In this document: piece by piece, positions 26,910 through 35,585 of the stretch
How the letters are laid out: every line of letters starts with the position of its first letter
How positions within the stretch are numbered: position 1 is the stretch's first letter
Origin: an uncultured virus (IMG/VR IMGVR_UViG_3300035698_005065)
Lineage: Duplodnaviria; Heunggongvirae; Uroviricota; Caudoviricetes
Virus record (IMG/VR): IMGVR_UViG_3300035698_005065
DNA length: 64,000 bases
Strand: one strand, 5' to 3'
Notes under the pieces: model-generated
Told to the model about the DNA's origin: nothing
The model's database searches: none
What the model saw: the letters and a program-made list of their open reading frames with translations, nothing else
Translations under genes and position numbers: made by a program

Positions 26910-28760
26910 ATGTCTATTGTAAGTTCCGCATTCATGAAGGGGCCCGATAAATACGGGGACCCTTTCATGTTACCGTCCACGGCCACTTTCCCTTCGGACA
27001 TAAAGTCTACGTTGGATCTGTGCCTATACCTGTATCGCGTAAATCGCCTTTACGGAGCTATTTGTAGTCGTGTGGTTTCTTACTTTGTTACGGACATTGA
27101 GTTTGAGGAAGCCGGGGATAAGGACGAGCAAGATAAACTTAAGAAGTGCCTAACCGAGACGATAGGAATCTTCTCTAAGATGCAGCAGGCAGGGATGGAG
27201 TGGGCCATCTACGGTAACGGATTCGTCAGATGCGTAGAGCCCTTCGACCGCTGGTTGTGGGACACTCGGGACGGGCAACTCAAAGTCTACAACCTCAGCA
27301 TGTTTCCGGAGCATCTAGTCAAATATGACTGGAAAGCAATGACTTATAATGTCCCCGACATGCGTGCCATCTCGAAGCTCGAAAAGGGCGCACGAACCCC
27401 TGATGCACTCCGAGGCGCCCCCACAGTGGATCTTGGTTTTCGCGACAAGCCTTCAGCCTCCCCGGATAGATTCTCCGTTATATTTTTGGATCCTCGGTAT
27501 TGCGAGCTTGATAAGGCGCACCACTCAGAGTCCGTGCAATACATTTACCGCATACCGCCGGACATGGAGTCTCGCATTAAGCGAGGTCATCTGCACGAGG
27601 TGAACAATACTCCTCGAGGTCTCTTGGCTGCTGTCTCCCAGTCGAAAGACTTTAGGTTCCACGGCGGTGAGATATTTCACTTCAGGGCCCCGTCCCCTAC
27701 CGGTGTTTCCGATAGTGGCTGGGCCGTCCCCGAGATACTGTGGAATTACGACTCTCTCTACCAGTTACAGGTATATCGGAAGGCAGACTTCGCTGTCGCC
27801 CAGGAGTTTCTACACCCCATGCGGTTTTTCACGCCCAGCTTCGGGGACAAGATGGGAGACTCGGTGATGACCACGGTCATGTCTAAGTGGCACGGCACGA
27901 TGAAGAGCGCCATCGCCGCGCACCGTAAAGATCCCACGTCTATCCAAGCGCTACCATTTGAGGCTAAGTATCAAGAGAGTGGGGGGAATGGTAAGACGAT
28001 GGTGATGCACGACGTCGTCGAGGTCTACCTGGACACGCTCTTTGACGGCCTTGGGTTTCCGAGAGAGTTATACCGCGGGGCTCTCACGGTGGAAGCTATC
28101 CCGAACGCTATCCGAATGTTCGAGCGTCACTACGATTGGATGTATCAGCAGTTGAACGGCCTTCTCCAGTTTGTATCCAATACTTTTCAACGCTCTTTTA
28201 ACGCAGACACGATCAGCGTAAGGCTAAAAAGACCTGCCATGGCGCATAACGCCGAGTGGATGCAGCTGCGTATGCAGCTTGCCGCCAACGGTGAAATTCC
28301 TCGCGGTGACGTCTATCCTGACGTCGGAATAAATGATCCCACTAGCGCCGCCGTTAGGGCCGCCGAGGAGCAGCAAAACATCGCCCGAGACATCGGCGAG
28401 ATATCGGCAGCCTTCGAGAAAGAGAAGGCGCAAGGGTCCATGGCCGACGTGGCTATGATGTCCGCCGAGCAGAGCATCGCTGGAGCGCCAGAGGGCGGCG
28501 GCGGTGGCGGTGGTGGTGGTCTAGACTACTCTGTCGATTCTCAGGCAGATCCTACAATGATCCAGCAACGTGCGCAGGAAATAGCCGTAGAGTGGCAGAC
28601 CATGCACGAGCAGCAGCCGAATTCGCATCGCGAAGAGATGAGGATGGCTGAGGCTACGAATTCCACGTTGTATGCTGCGGCGAAGCAGGAACTGGAGAAG
28701 TTGCGATCAGCTGGCGGCGCGGCAGGTCGCAACCAAGCCACGCAAGTGCTTGCGGGTTAA
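26910..28760 (+). CDS. putative portal protein
   Basis: 616 aa; WAIYGNGFV, IFHFRAP..GWAVPEIL, GLGFPREL segments resemble large-phage portals. Confidence 0.6.
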   Translation: MSIVSSAFMKGPDKYGDPFMLPSTATFPSDIKSTLDLCLYLYRVNRLYGAICSRVVSYFVTDIEFEEAGDKDEQDKLKKCLTETIGIFSKMQQAGMEWAIYGNGFVRCVEPFDRWLWDTRDGQLKVYNLSMFPEHLVKYDWKAMTYNVPDMRAISKLEKGARTPDALRGAPTVDLGFRDKPSASPDRFSVIFLDPRYCELDKAHHSESVQYIYRIPPDMESRIKRGHLHEVNNTPRGLLAAVSQSKDFRFHGGEIFHFRAPSPTGVSDSGWAVPEILWNYDSLYQLQVYRKADFAVAQEFLHPMRFFTPSFGDKMGDSVMTTVMSKWHGTMKSAIAAHRKDPTSIQALPFEAKYQESGGNGKTMVMHDVVEVYLDTLFDGLGFPRELYRGALTVEAIPNAIRMFERHYDWMYQQLNGLLQFVSNTFQRSFNADTISVRLKRPAMAHNAEWMQLRMQLAANGEIPRGDVYPDVGINDPTSAAVRAAEEQQNIARDIGEISAAFEKEKAQGSMADVAMMSAEQSIAGAPEGGGGGGGGGLDYSVDSQADPTMIQQRAQEIAVEWQTMHEQQPNSHREEMRMAEATNSTLYAAAKQELEKLRSAGGAAGRNQATQVLAG

Positions 28761-28787
28761 GCTTAAAAAAGGTAGCATTCGCGCGTG
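28750..28787 (+). promoter_or_regulatory. sigma70-like promoter, likely leaderless
   Basis: TTGCGG-N17-TAGCAT-6 nt-GTG. Confidence 0.5.
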
Positions 28788-29024
28788 AGCACTCTTCGAC
28801 CAGGCGTAGTTAGTCCGGAAATTAAAAAACTTAGGGAGTCCGCGATCGCTGAGATGGACGCCAAACCTTCTGGCGAGTCCAAGGCTCCGGAGTTAAAATT
28901 TGACGCCCACCACGGCTCGACTCCAGCCCCTGACGACGGGGGTAGTGAGTCGGATAATTGGGTGGCAAGATACCCGGGAATGAACAGCGAGCACGTCGGT
29001 AACGGGTCAGGAGGTCCCCAGTGA
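28785..29024 (+). CDS. small hypothetical protein
   Basis: GTGA overlap with next gene. Confidence 0.55.
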   Translation: MSTLRPGVVSPEIKKLRESAIAEMDAKPSGESKAPELKFDAHHGSTPAPDDGGSESDNWVARYPGMNSEHVGNGSGGPQ

Positions 29025-29830
29025 TCCCGGGGCAGCTTGACCCTTACATCCCCCGCCACCTAGAGGGGGACGTCTCGGACTTCAGATCCGAACCGGGCGG
29101 TTCTGTGTCTTTCGACCACCCAGATGGCTACCTCGGACTAGCACCAGACCGCTCCCGAGTCACGCTGGGGGCTAAACAATACAAGCAGACTTTCGACAAA
29201 GACTACCGCATCAATAACATGGCTGAAGCTATGGCGGGGCAGTATCGGCGCAAGCGTCCGGTCTCCGGTCTCCGGCAGATTCAGGACTCGGTCGTGGGAA
29301 GTCTGAACGACGCCTACGACTGGGGGACTTCGTCTCAAGGTAAAGCTACAGGTACGGTTGCTCTACTGTCCGCCCTCGCTGCTGGGGGTCTGGGTGCGTG
29401 GTCTGGCCGCCGCGCCGGGGGGAGCGGGACTGGTAGGGGTCTGCTGTTCGCGCTCCTCGGAGGCGGACTCGGAGCTGCGGCGACGCTCTATGGTCAGCAC
29501 AAGTTCAACCAGAGGACGATGAACAAGAAGGCATCGGCTGAGGTCACTGAGGCTCTAATTCGGGCGGTGCAGAACGACTTCATGCTCTCGCAGCAAGAGC
29601 GCACCGCCATGTTGCGGGGTATGGCGGCGATGCAGTCCCAGGACCGAGACGCCCTGTATCGCATGATACGGACGTCGATCGGAGCTGGGGCTGGCGCGAT
29701 CATAGGGCGCGTCCTTAAGTCCAAAGGCTTGCTGCCAGCAATCGCCGGTGGTATCGTAGGATTCTTGATGGGAGGAGGATCCTCAGGGCCCCGCCCATCT
29801 TATAATCGTATGGGGCAACTCTACCGTTAA
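29021..29830 (+). CDS. Gly-rich hydrophobic-helix protein, probable virion/ejection protein
   Basis: several GxxxG-type helices; KKAS motif. Confidence 0.65.
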   Translation: MIPGQLDPYIPRHLEGDVSDFRSEPGGSVSFDHPDGYLGLAPDRSRVTLGAKQYKQTFDKDYRINNMAEAMAGQYRRKRPVSGLRQIQDSVVGSLNDAYDWGTSSQGKATGTVALLSALAAGGLGAWSGRRAGGSGTGRGLLFALLGGGLGAAATLYGQHKFNQRTMNKKASAEVTEALIRAVQNDFMLSQQERTAMLRGMAAMQSQDRDALYRMIRTSIGAGAGAIIGRVLKSKGLLPAIAGGIVGFLMGGGSSGPRPSYNRMGQLYR

Positions 29831-29834
29831 AGAC

Positions 29835-30389
29835 ATGAATAATAACGATCCATTTTTCAAATTAGGAACAGCCCTGGGCTTTGTAGTAAACGAGAGGGAC
29901 ACCGCGGACGTTCAGGCGTCCGTGTCGCAAGCGGCTATCATGCAGAGTGTGGAAGCCGCCCCGTTCAACCGGGAGCTGTGTAAGATCGCAGCGGCCGCCT
30001 TCGACGCGTCCGGCACGGGTAACTCACCGGAGGCCCTCCTGTTCAAGAATCTAGCGACCACCCCGGAGTGGAGCACCGGATACAACGCTTTCACGGACTG
30101 CGTTAAGCGGGCCCTAGCCAAACAAGCGGGAGCCGTCCCGCTCATGGCGCTCGCCCACGACAAGGTCGGAGGCGGAATGATGAAGAACGTCATGACCGCC
30201 GGTGTTCTCGGGGGTGGAACTCTTGGAGCTCTCGCGTTCCTCTTGGCCCGCAACGCGAAACAATCTTCCGCTAGCAATGAGCAGATGCTTGAAAAGATCA
30301 GAGCTTACAAAGAACTGAGCCGAGACATAAGAGAGGACATGGGCAACGAAAAAATCATGGAGCAGGGAGGGGAGGTTTATGACGTCTAG
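29835..30389 (+). CDS. probable virion protein with Gly-rich helix
   Basis: KIAA, KQAG motifs; GVLGGGTLGALAFL. Confidence 0.65.
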   Translation: MNNNDPFFKLGTALGFVVNERDTADVQASVSQAAIMQSVEAAPFNRELCKIAAAAFDASGTGNSPEALLFKNLATTPEWSTGYNAFTDCVKRALAKQAGAVPLMALAHDKVGGGMMKNVMTAGVLGGGTLGALAFLLARNAKQSSASNEQMLEKIRAYKELSRDIREDMGNEKIMEQGGEVYDV

Positions 30390-30840
30390 TGTCGTAGCGC
30401 AGAATCAGGAAGAGGAATTTATGAATTCCTTCGACGAGCATGAGGCGGCCGCGTCTGTAATCGATAAAAAAAAGGAGTTGTCAGCGGGAGATTCTTCCGT
30501 TGCTGCCACCATGAACCGCCTAGAGGAAAGAGCGGAGGAAGATCCCGTCGATAAGGAAGATTCGATCGTAGATGTCCCCGCCGCTAACAGCACGTGGGGA
30601 AACGAGCCATCCTTCCCGGGTCAGTCCTCAAAATACCCAGAATCACTTCGCGGGGTTGAACCGACCACTGTCGTTCTTAATCTAGGAGACGGTGAAGATC
30701 TCGCGAAGCTAAACGTGATCCAGAAAAAATCCGCACTGCTAGACCCTCAGGTCTCTATAATCACACACGAGCGCCAGCAATTCAACGGCGGGTGGTCGGT
30801 GTATCTCACATACGAGAAAATCCAATACCAGAAACTGTAA
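30379..30840 (+). CDS. hypothetical acidic protein
   Basis: 153-aa ORF in operon. Confidence 0.65.
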   Translation: MTSSVVAQNQEEEFMNSFDEHEAAASVIDKKKELSAGDSSVAATMNRLEERAEEDPVDKEDSIVDVPAANSTWGNEPSFPGQSSKYPESLRGVEPTTVVLNLGDGEDLAKLNVIQKKSALLDPQVSIITHERQQFNGGWSVYLTYEKIQYQKL

Positions 30841-30842
30841 TC

Positions 30843-32153
30843 ATGCCCTCTTTTATCGATCAAGCCGCCGACAGCCTAAAGAAAACTTTTACGCCTGCTA
30901 CGCCCCCTGACCGGGGCGACGAGCTCATAAGTCAGTTGGCCACCGGCGGTCTTATGCTTGGGGGTGGAGTAAGTGCTGCTGTCGCTCTGGTCAACTACCT
31001 CAAGTCCCTTAAAAAAGAGGAGGAGTTGAATGACGAGTCTCGACTCAATGACGACACCCTCTACATTCAAGCCCCGCCGTCAGGTAAGGAGAAGTCTGCT
31101 ACAGCCAAAGATTGGCTGGCGCCCGGTGTTGGCCTAACTGCAGGCGTCGTGGGAGCAGGCGGTGCGTATGCTCTGACGCAGATGGTTTATAATTTCGCGA
31201 TGAAGAAGCGTAGGCAGCGTATGCTCGACGAGGCCCAGAACGAGACCATCGCGCTTTCTGACGCTGAGATAGAAAAGTCGGCGGATACTAAGATGACGTT
31301 CTCGGATCTGGTGCTCGCCTTCCCCGTGGCCGTTCCGTTGTTGGCTGCTATGGCTTCCGGGGGCGTAGCTTACGCAGCCCTCAACAAGACCTTCCCGACA
31401 ATCAAGAGGCCCGGACTTAAAGGACCAAGGCGGATACGGCAAGTGTCAGGGCCTGGGGAGATCGAGGACGTCACCGACGAATACTTACCCAAGTCCGCCG
31501 CGGCCAAGAAAGACTTCGAAGAATGCGGCGACGAGTTTCTTCTACTCGTGACAGATCAGATGGCCACAGAAAAGCGCGCCAGCATCAGTCTGACGTCCGA
31601 CTTACTCAACGCGGCAGCGAAGCACGGAACTGGCGGTATGGCGCATGCCTACGAAGCCGGAGGCCTAGAGGCCCTCATTGAGATCGTAAAGGGGGCGTCC
31701 GATAGCCCCGCCGACCTGCCAGGGAGAGTGGTAGCGGCCGCTCTGATATGCAAGTCGGCCAAGCTTCGACCTGTCGCGTCGGTCTTGGCGTCGTCCGAGT
31801 ATCAGGACATGGCCCCCGATATCTACGACACCGTATCCCGGCAGGACCCCGATGCTATAGAGAAGCTCGCCAGTGTTGGCGCTCTTATGCACGCGGTTAT
31901 GTTCAGGCCTCATCTCGTGAAGGCCGGTGCGTCTTACTCTGTGGCGTCCGATCAGCTCCGGGACACCTTAAAGTCGCAGCAACCCAAAGAAATTGAGGAG
32001 GCGCTACAGACGGACGCGGGAGGAGTGCTGGCATCCGAGTCGGAAGAGTCTGGCGGTGCGGGAGATGGCGAGATAAACAAAGGCGCCGAAGACGACCCAG
32101 TGGACGAGTTTATGGCATTCGATAATCCGAACCCAACCCTGGAGTCCGATTAG
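30843..32153 (+). CDS. probable virion protein with repeated Gly-rich helices and K-x-A motifs
   Basis: EKSA x2, KSAA, KRAS, EKLA; three hydrophobic helices. Confidence 0.7.
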   Translation: MPSFIDQAADSLKKTFTPATPPDRGDELISQLATGGLMLGGGVSAAVALVNYLKSLKKEEELNDESRLNDDTLYIQAPPSGKEKSATAKDWLAPGVGLTAGVVGAGGAYALTQMVYNFAMKKRRQRMLDEAQNETIALSDAEIEKSADTKMTFSDLVLAFPVAVPLLAAMASGGVAYAALNKTFPTIKRPGLKGPRRIRQVSGPGEIEDVTDEYLPKSAAAKKDFEECGDEFLLLVTDQMATEKRASISLTSDLLNAAAKHGTGGMAHAYEAGGLEALIEIVKGASDSPADLPGRVVAAALICKSAKLRPVASVLASSEYQDMAPDIYDTVSRQDPDAIEKLASVGALMHAVMFRPHLVKAGASYSVASDQLRDTLKSQQPKEIEEALQTDAGGVLASESEESGGAGDGEINKGAEDDPVDEFMAFDNPNPTLESD

Positions 32154-32169
32154 ATAAACAATTTACCTT

Positions 32170-32202
32170 AAGCCGAGGGAGTTAGCGCTCCCTCGGCTTT
32201 TT
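32170..32202 (+). terminator. rho-independent terminator
   Basis: AAGCCGAGGGAG-loop-CTCCCTCGGCTTTTTT. Confidence 0.75.
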
Positions 32203-32213
32203 TATCCAAAAAT

Positions 32214-32738
32214 ATGAAAACAATAAAAGACATCCTAGTAAACGCAGAGAAGCTCACACCAGGTCGAAAATTTATCGTGAGGGGCTACGTCAGCTCCGCG
32301 GGGTTGACGATCAACTACGAAAGCCTGCTTTTACTGGGACCCTCAGGATACCACGAGATGCAGCAGGAGGACCTCGTAATACTACGGGCGTTCTCGGTTA
32401 CCGAAGACATCGAGGGGGTGTCGTCCCCCGACCTTGAGCTTGCTCTCCGGCAGCTCATTACGGCACGAGAGAAAGTCAAAGAAGCGAACCCTTCTTACGC
32501 CGGCTACACCGAAGTCGGGGATGCGGAGTCTTCTCTAAAATACCTAGAGTCGTCTCCTGACAGCGTGTATATTCTGCGCGCTAAGAATCTGGGAGACGTC
32601 AGGGACCCGTCCCCAGCCAAGGGATCCGTTCCGAGAGCGAAGCAGATACTGGCGCGCCACTTGAAGCTGCCGTCAAGGCGCTACGTGCATTCTCTAAAAC
32701 TCACCAACGGAAGATTCGATGAGATCTCCGAGGCGTAG
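32214..32738 (+). CDS. hypothetical protein
   Basis: 174-aa ORF, A-rich leader. Confidence 0.7.
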   Translation: MKTIKDILVNAEKLTPGRKFIVRGYVSSAGLTINYESLLLLGPSGYHEMQQEDLVILRAFSVTEDIEGVSSPDLELALRQLITAREKVKEANPSYAGYTEVGDAESSLKYLESSPDSVYILRAKNLGDVRDPSPAKGSVPRAKQILARHLKLPSRRYVHSLKLTNGRFDEISEA

Positions 32739-32959
32739 ACAAAGTTTGCTTACCTAGCGTCATTATTGTCTACCCCGATTACAAACGAAAAAGACACTAT
32801 TTGTCCTCCCTGGGCACGTCGTAATCCTAAGCGCCATATGGCATCGAGCTATCCAAGGGTAGACAGGGACCGTCAAAGGAGATGACTTCGCGCTGTCTAC
32901 ACTTCGCAAGGACGAAAAGATACTGTTGACTGGCGCGCCGCGCCTGAGAGTCTGCACGC

Positions 32960-33517
32960 ATGGTAAACAATGAAGCGCGAGGTAAAAAGAGGGTTCAGAT
33001 GTATAGCGACAAGGGGGTGCCGATCTCCGGCAAGCATCCGGCGATCCTGAGCGCATCCTATTTGCGAAGACTGCACCACTTGGGCAAGACAGACGAAGGG
33101 GATCGCCTAGTGAGGGCCCACACATGTTGGTGCGTTATACTTCTGAAGTATGGTAGTAAGTTTGATATCGTGCCTGTTCAGCGTGAGTATTTTGTCCACG
33201 CGCCTATGGACCCGGGTAAAGCTGCCCACCGAGCTATGAAGATGTGGCGTCGATGGGAGCAGGGGCCAATGCCGGACGTCATGAAAGGGGAGGAGCCGAT
33301 CGACTTACGTGATGCCTACCCTAAGCTGGACGACGGAGCGGTCGCGATTCCCATGGCGGACGAAGACTACGACGCGCACTGGCGGGACGCGAAACGATCC
33401 AGCAAAACCTCGATACTCGGAGATCCCGACGATCCTTTCGCCTTTACATGCTTCAATCAAGATATCATGCTATTTAAGACGTCAGACTTTCAAGAGGGTC
33501 TGCATATAACCATTTAA
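32960..33517 (+). CDS. hypothetical protein
   Basis: 185-aa ORF; upstream CTGTTGACT..TGCACGCATG matches 12194 leader. Confidence 0.7.
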   Translation: MVNNEARGKKRVQMYSDKGVPISGKHPAILSASYLRRLHHLGKTDEGDRLVRAHTCWCVILLKYGSKFDIVPVQREYFVHAPMDPGKAAHRAMKMWRRWEQGPMPDVMKGEEPIDLRDAYPKLDDGAVAIPMADEDYDAHWRDAKRSSKTSILGDPDDPFAFTCFNQDIMLFKTSDFQEGLHITI

Positions 33518-33527
33518 AACAACCGAC

Positions 33528-33929
33528 ATGTCCAGTAATAAGAATAGCCGATCCAAAAAGTCCGCAAGACCTAAAACCGCTGAGGCCGCTCCGGCTCCCG
33601 CTGAGGCCGCTCCGGCTAAGGTCGCTAAGGTCGCTGAGTCCGAGAAGACATCTTTGAGTGACGCAGCTCAGAACCACCTCAAGAGGACACTCGAGTCCTA
33701 CTTCGGAATCGGAGGCGTCAAGAAGCGAGTCATGGAAAAATCCGAGGAGACCCTGACAAGCGGCAACCAGCTCCTCCTGAACAGAGGCACAGGTAACGAG
33801 AGATTCGCCCTAGGGTTTACCGACACCGAATTCCTACCCACTGACGCGTCCGCCGACCTCGCCGGGAGAGACGTTATCATCAACCTATCGAGACTTCTGG
33901 TAGATGCTAAAGTCTACTCAGGATCCTAG
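33528..33929 (+). CDS. hypothetical protein with AEAAPA repeats
   Basis: tandem GCTGAGGCCGCTCCGGCT x2 and AAGGTCGCT x2. Confidence 0.7.
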   Translation: MSSNKNSRSKKSARPKTAEAAPAPAEAAPAKVAKVAESEKTSLSDAAQNHLKRTLESYFGIGGVKKRVMEKSEETLTSGNQLLLNRGTGNERFALGFTDTEFLPTDASADLAGRDVIINLSRLLVDAKVYSGS

Positions 33930-34299
33930 CGGACCGCCAGAGGTCGTAAAGATACCATTCTACGGAGTAGGTAGAAAACTACGCGCTCGACAGATCGCCG
34001 CACTCTTAATTGGGGCCGGCTGCCTGCCGAGCGTTGTTTTCTCCGTCGACTACAAGATCGATCGCGTATTCGCGGCCGTGGACATATTGACTAAGGTCAC
34101 GTTCTACGTTCGCATACTCAACTGGAAGTCGGACCCGTTAGGAGCGGAATGGACGACGGAGCCTGAGGTCATGCACCGCAAGCTTAGAAGTCGGGCGGAC
34201 AAGGCCCTTCTGCACCACCTGACCGACGCGGGAAGCAGGCCGCTAACCCTAGAATTACCGACAGAAATCTATGCAAGTAGGCTCTCTTCTGCGTCATAA
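33904..34299 (+). CDS. hypothetical protein
   Basis: 131-aa ORF. Confidence 0.55.
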   Translation: MLKSTQDPSGPPEVVKIPFYGVGRKLRARQIAALLIGAGCLPSVVFSVDYKIDRVFAAVDILTKVTFYVRILNWKSDPLGAEWTTEPEVMHRKLRSRADKALLHHLTDAGSRPLTLELPTEIYASRLSSAS

Positions 34300-34311
34300 T
34301 AATTTGCTATG
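34272..34311 (+). promoter_or_regulatory. bipartite phage promoter-like motif, copy 2
   Basis: TGCAAGTA-N9-CTGCGTCATAATAATTTGCTATG. Confidence 0.65.
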
Positions 34312-35493
34312 GACAACATATTAAATGTAGACGAAAAGTGTGCTGAGGTCAAAACAACAACCTCAGCCCCCGATTCAGTCCGCGAGGACGTCGGGAACCA
34401 TGTCGGCACAGCTGAGCATGACAATAAAGGACCCGCAAGCGCGGGATTGAGCATTAACCCAGGGTCCCGGTATCATGCGCTGCATCTGTCGCGCACGTCT
34501 GGGTTCCTTCTCGTCCGCTACGACGCGGATAGTAAAATCGTCGCCTTCGTCGGCGGCGCGATGCGCGTGCTGGAGAACCGGGAAGACCGGGAGGTGCGGC
34601 CAGGCTACACGAACTCCACGATCTACAGCATGAGCCCGGAGCGCTTATTCAAAGAGGGCGTCATGAAGGGTATTCAGCCCGACGTCGAGGTGGAGCACAT
34701 ATCGGAAAAAGACGGGGACCCCCGTAACGACCCAAGGTTCGTGATCCGTGAGATTCCGTATTACAGCGCGTATGTCCGCGCAGCGTCTGGTATCTCGGAC
34801 GAAGAGTGGGACAAAGGGTGCTACGGCGTCATCACATTCGGACCTAACCGTTCGGGGCGATTTATCCACAAGGGTAACCTCAACACGGAGAACACTGAGA
34901 AATATGTCCTCAGCTCCACGTGGGGTCCGCGCTTTGATGTCGCAAACGTACCGGGGTCTGGGTCTGGGGATTTCGGCGCTAGACTCTCCGATACCGCTGT
35001 GAAAGTTGCGCAGGCTGTCCCCACCGCTTGGCCTTTGGCGGTGGCGGCCTTGAACCTCCTCGGGGGGCGCAACAAGAACGTCCCTAGAACTCCAGAACTC
35101 CGCGCTCCCGCAGAGGTCATGGCGTTCGTGGTGCGAGAACTCAAGACTCGCGAGACCAAGAAGAAGGAGCGCGTAAATCGTCGACGTCAGGTTCGCTCGG
35201 TCCCAGCTAGGGACCACGGGGCTCCTCGCGTCGTTTCGCAGGAGTCTCCGCAACCTGATCCGGCAGCGGAGCAGCGGGTCACCCCCGCAGCGCCGCACGT
35301 CAATCCTCAGGGATCCCCCGAAGTTACGCCGACAGCGGCAAGACGCGTTACCCCCGCAGCTCCTCGCCGTAAGCTCGGTAAGCCGGAGCCACAACCCGAC
35401 CCTGAAGTGGTCGAAAAAATAGACGCCGTAATCTCGGCCACTCAAACACCCGAGATGCAGGAGGCGACTCCCGCATCTGGACCGGAAAAATAG
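34309..35493 (+). CDS. hypothetical protein with Pro-rich C-terminal repeats
   Basis: 394 aa; RVTPAAP/VTPTAA repeats. Confidence 0.7.
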   Translation: MDNILNVDEKCAEVKTTTSAPDSVREDVGNHVGTAEHDNKGPASAGLSINPGSRYHALHLSRTSGFLLVRYDADSKIVAFVGGAMRVLENREDREVRPGYTNSTIYSMSPERLFKEGVMKGIQPDVEVEHISEKDGDPRNDPRFVIREIPYYSAYVRAASGISDEEWDKGCYGVITFGPNRSGRFIHKGNLNTENTEKYVLSSTWGPRFDVANVPGSGSGDFGARLSDTAVKVAQAVPTAWPLAVAALNLLGGRNKNVPRTPELRAPAEVMAFVVRELKTRETKKKERVNRRRQVRSVPARDHGAPRVVSQESPQPDPAAEQRVTPAAPHVNPQGSPEVTPTAARRVTPAAPRRKLGKPEPQPDPEVVEKIDAVISATQTPEMQEATPASGPEK

Positions 35494-35585
35494 TCAAAGC
35501 AGGAGTTTTCACCGCCGCCGTCAGAATACCTGACGGCGGCTGGTGTTCCTCTTTACCTAGCGCAAGTAAAGTGCTAAACGTATGC

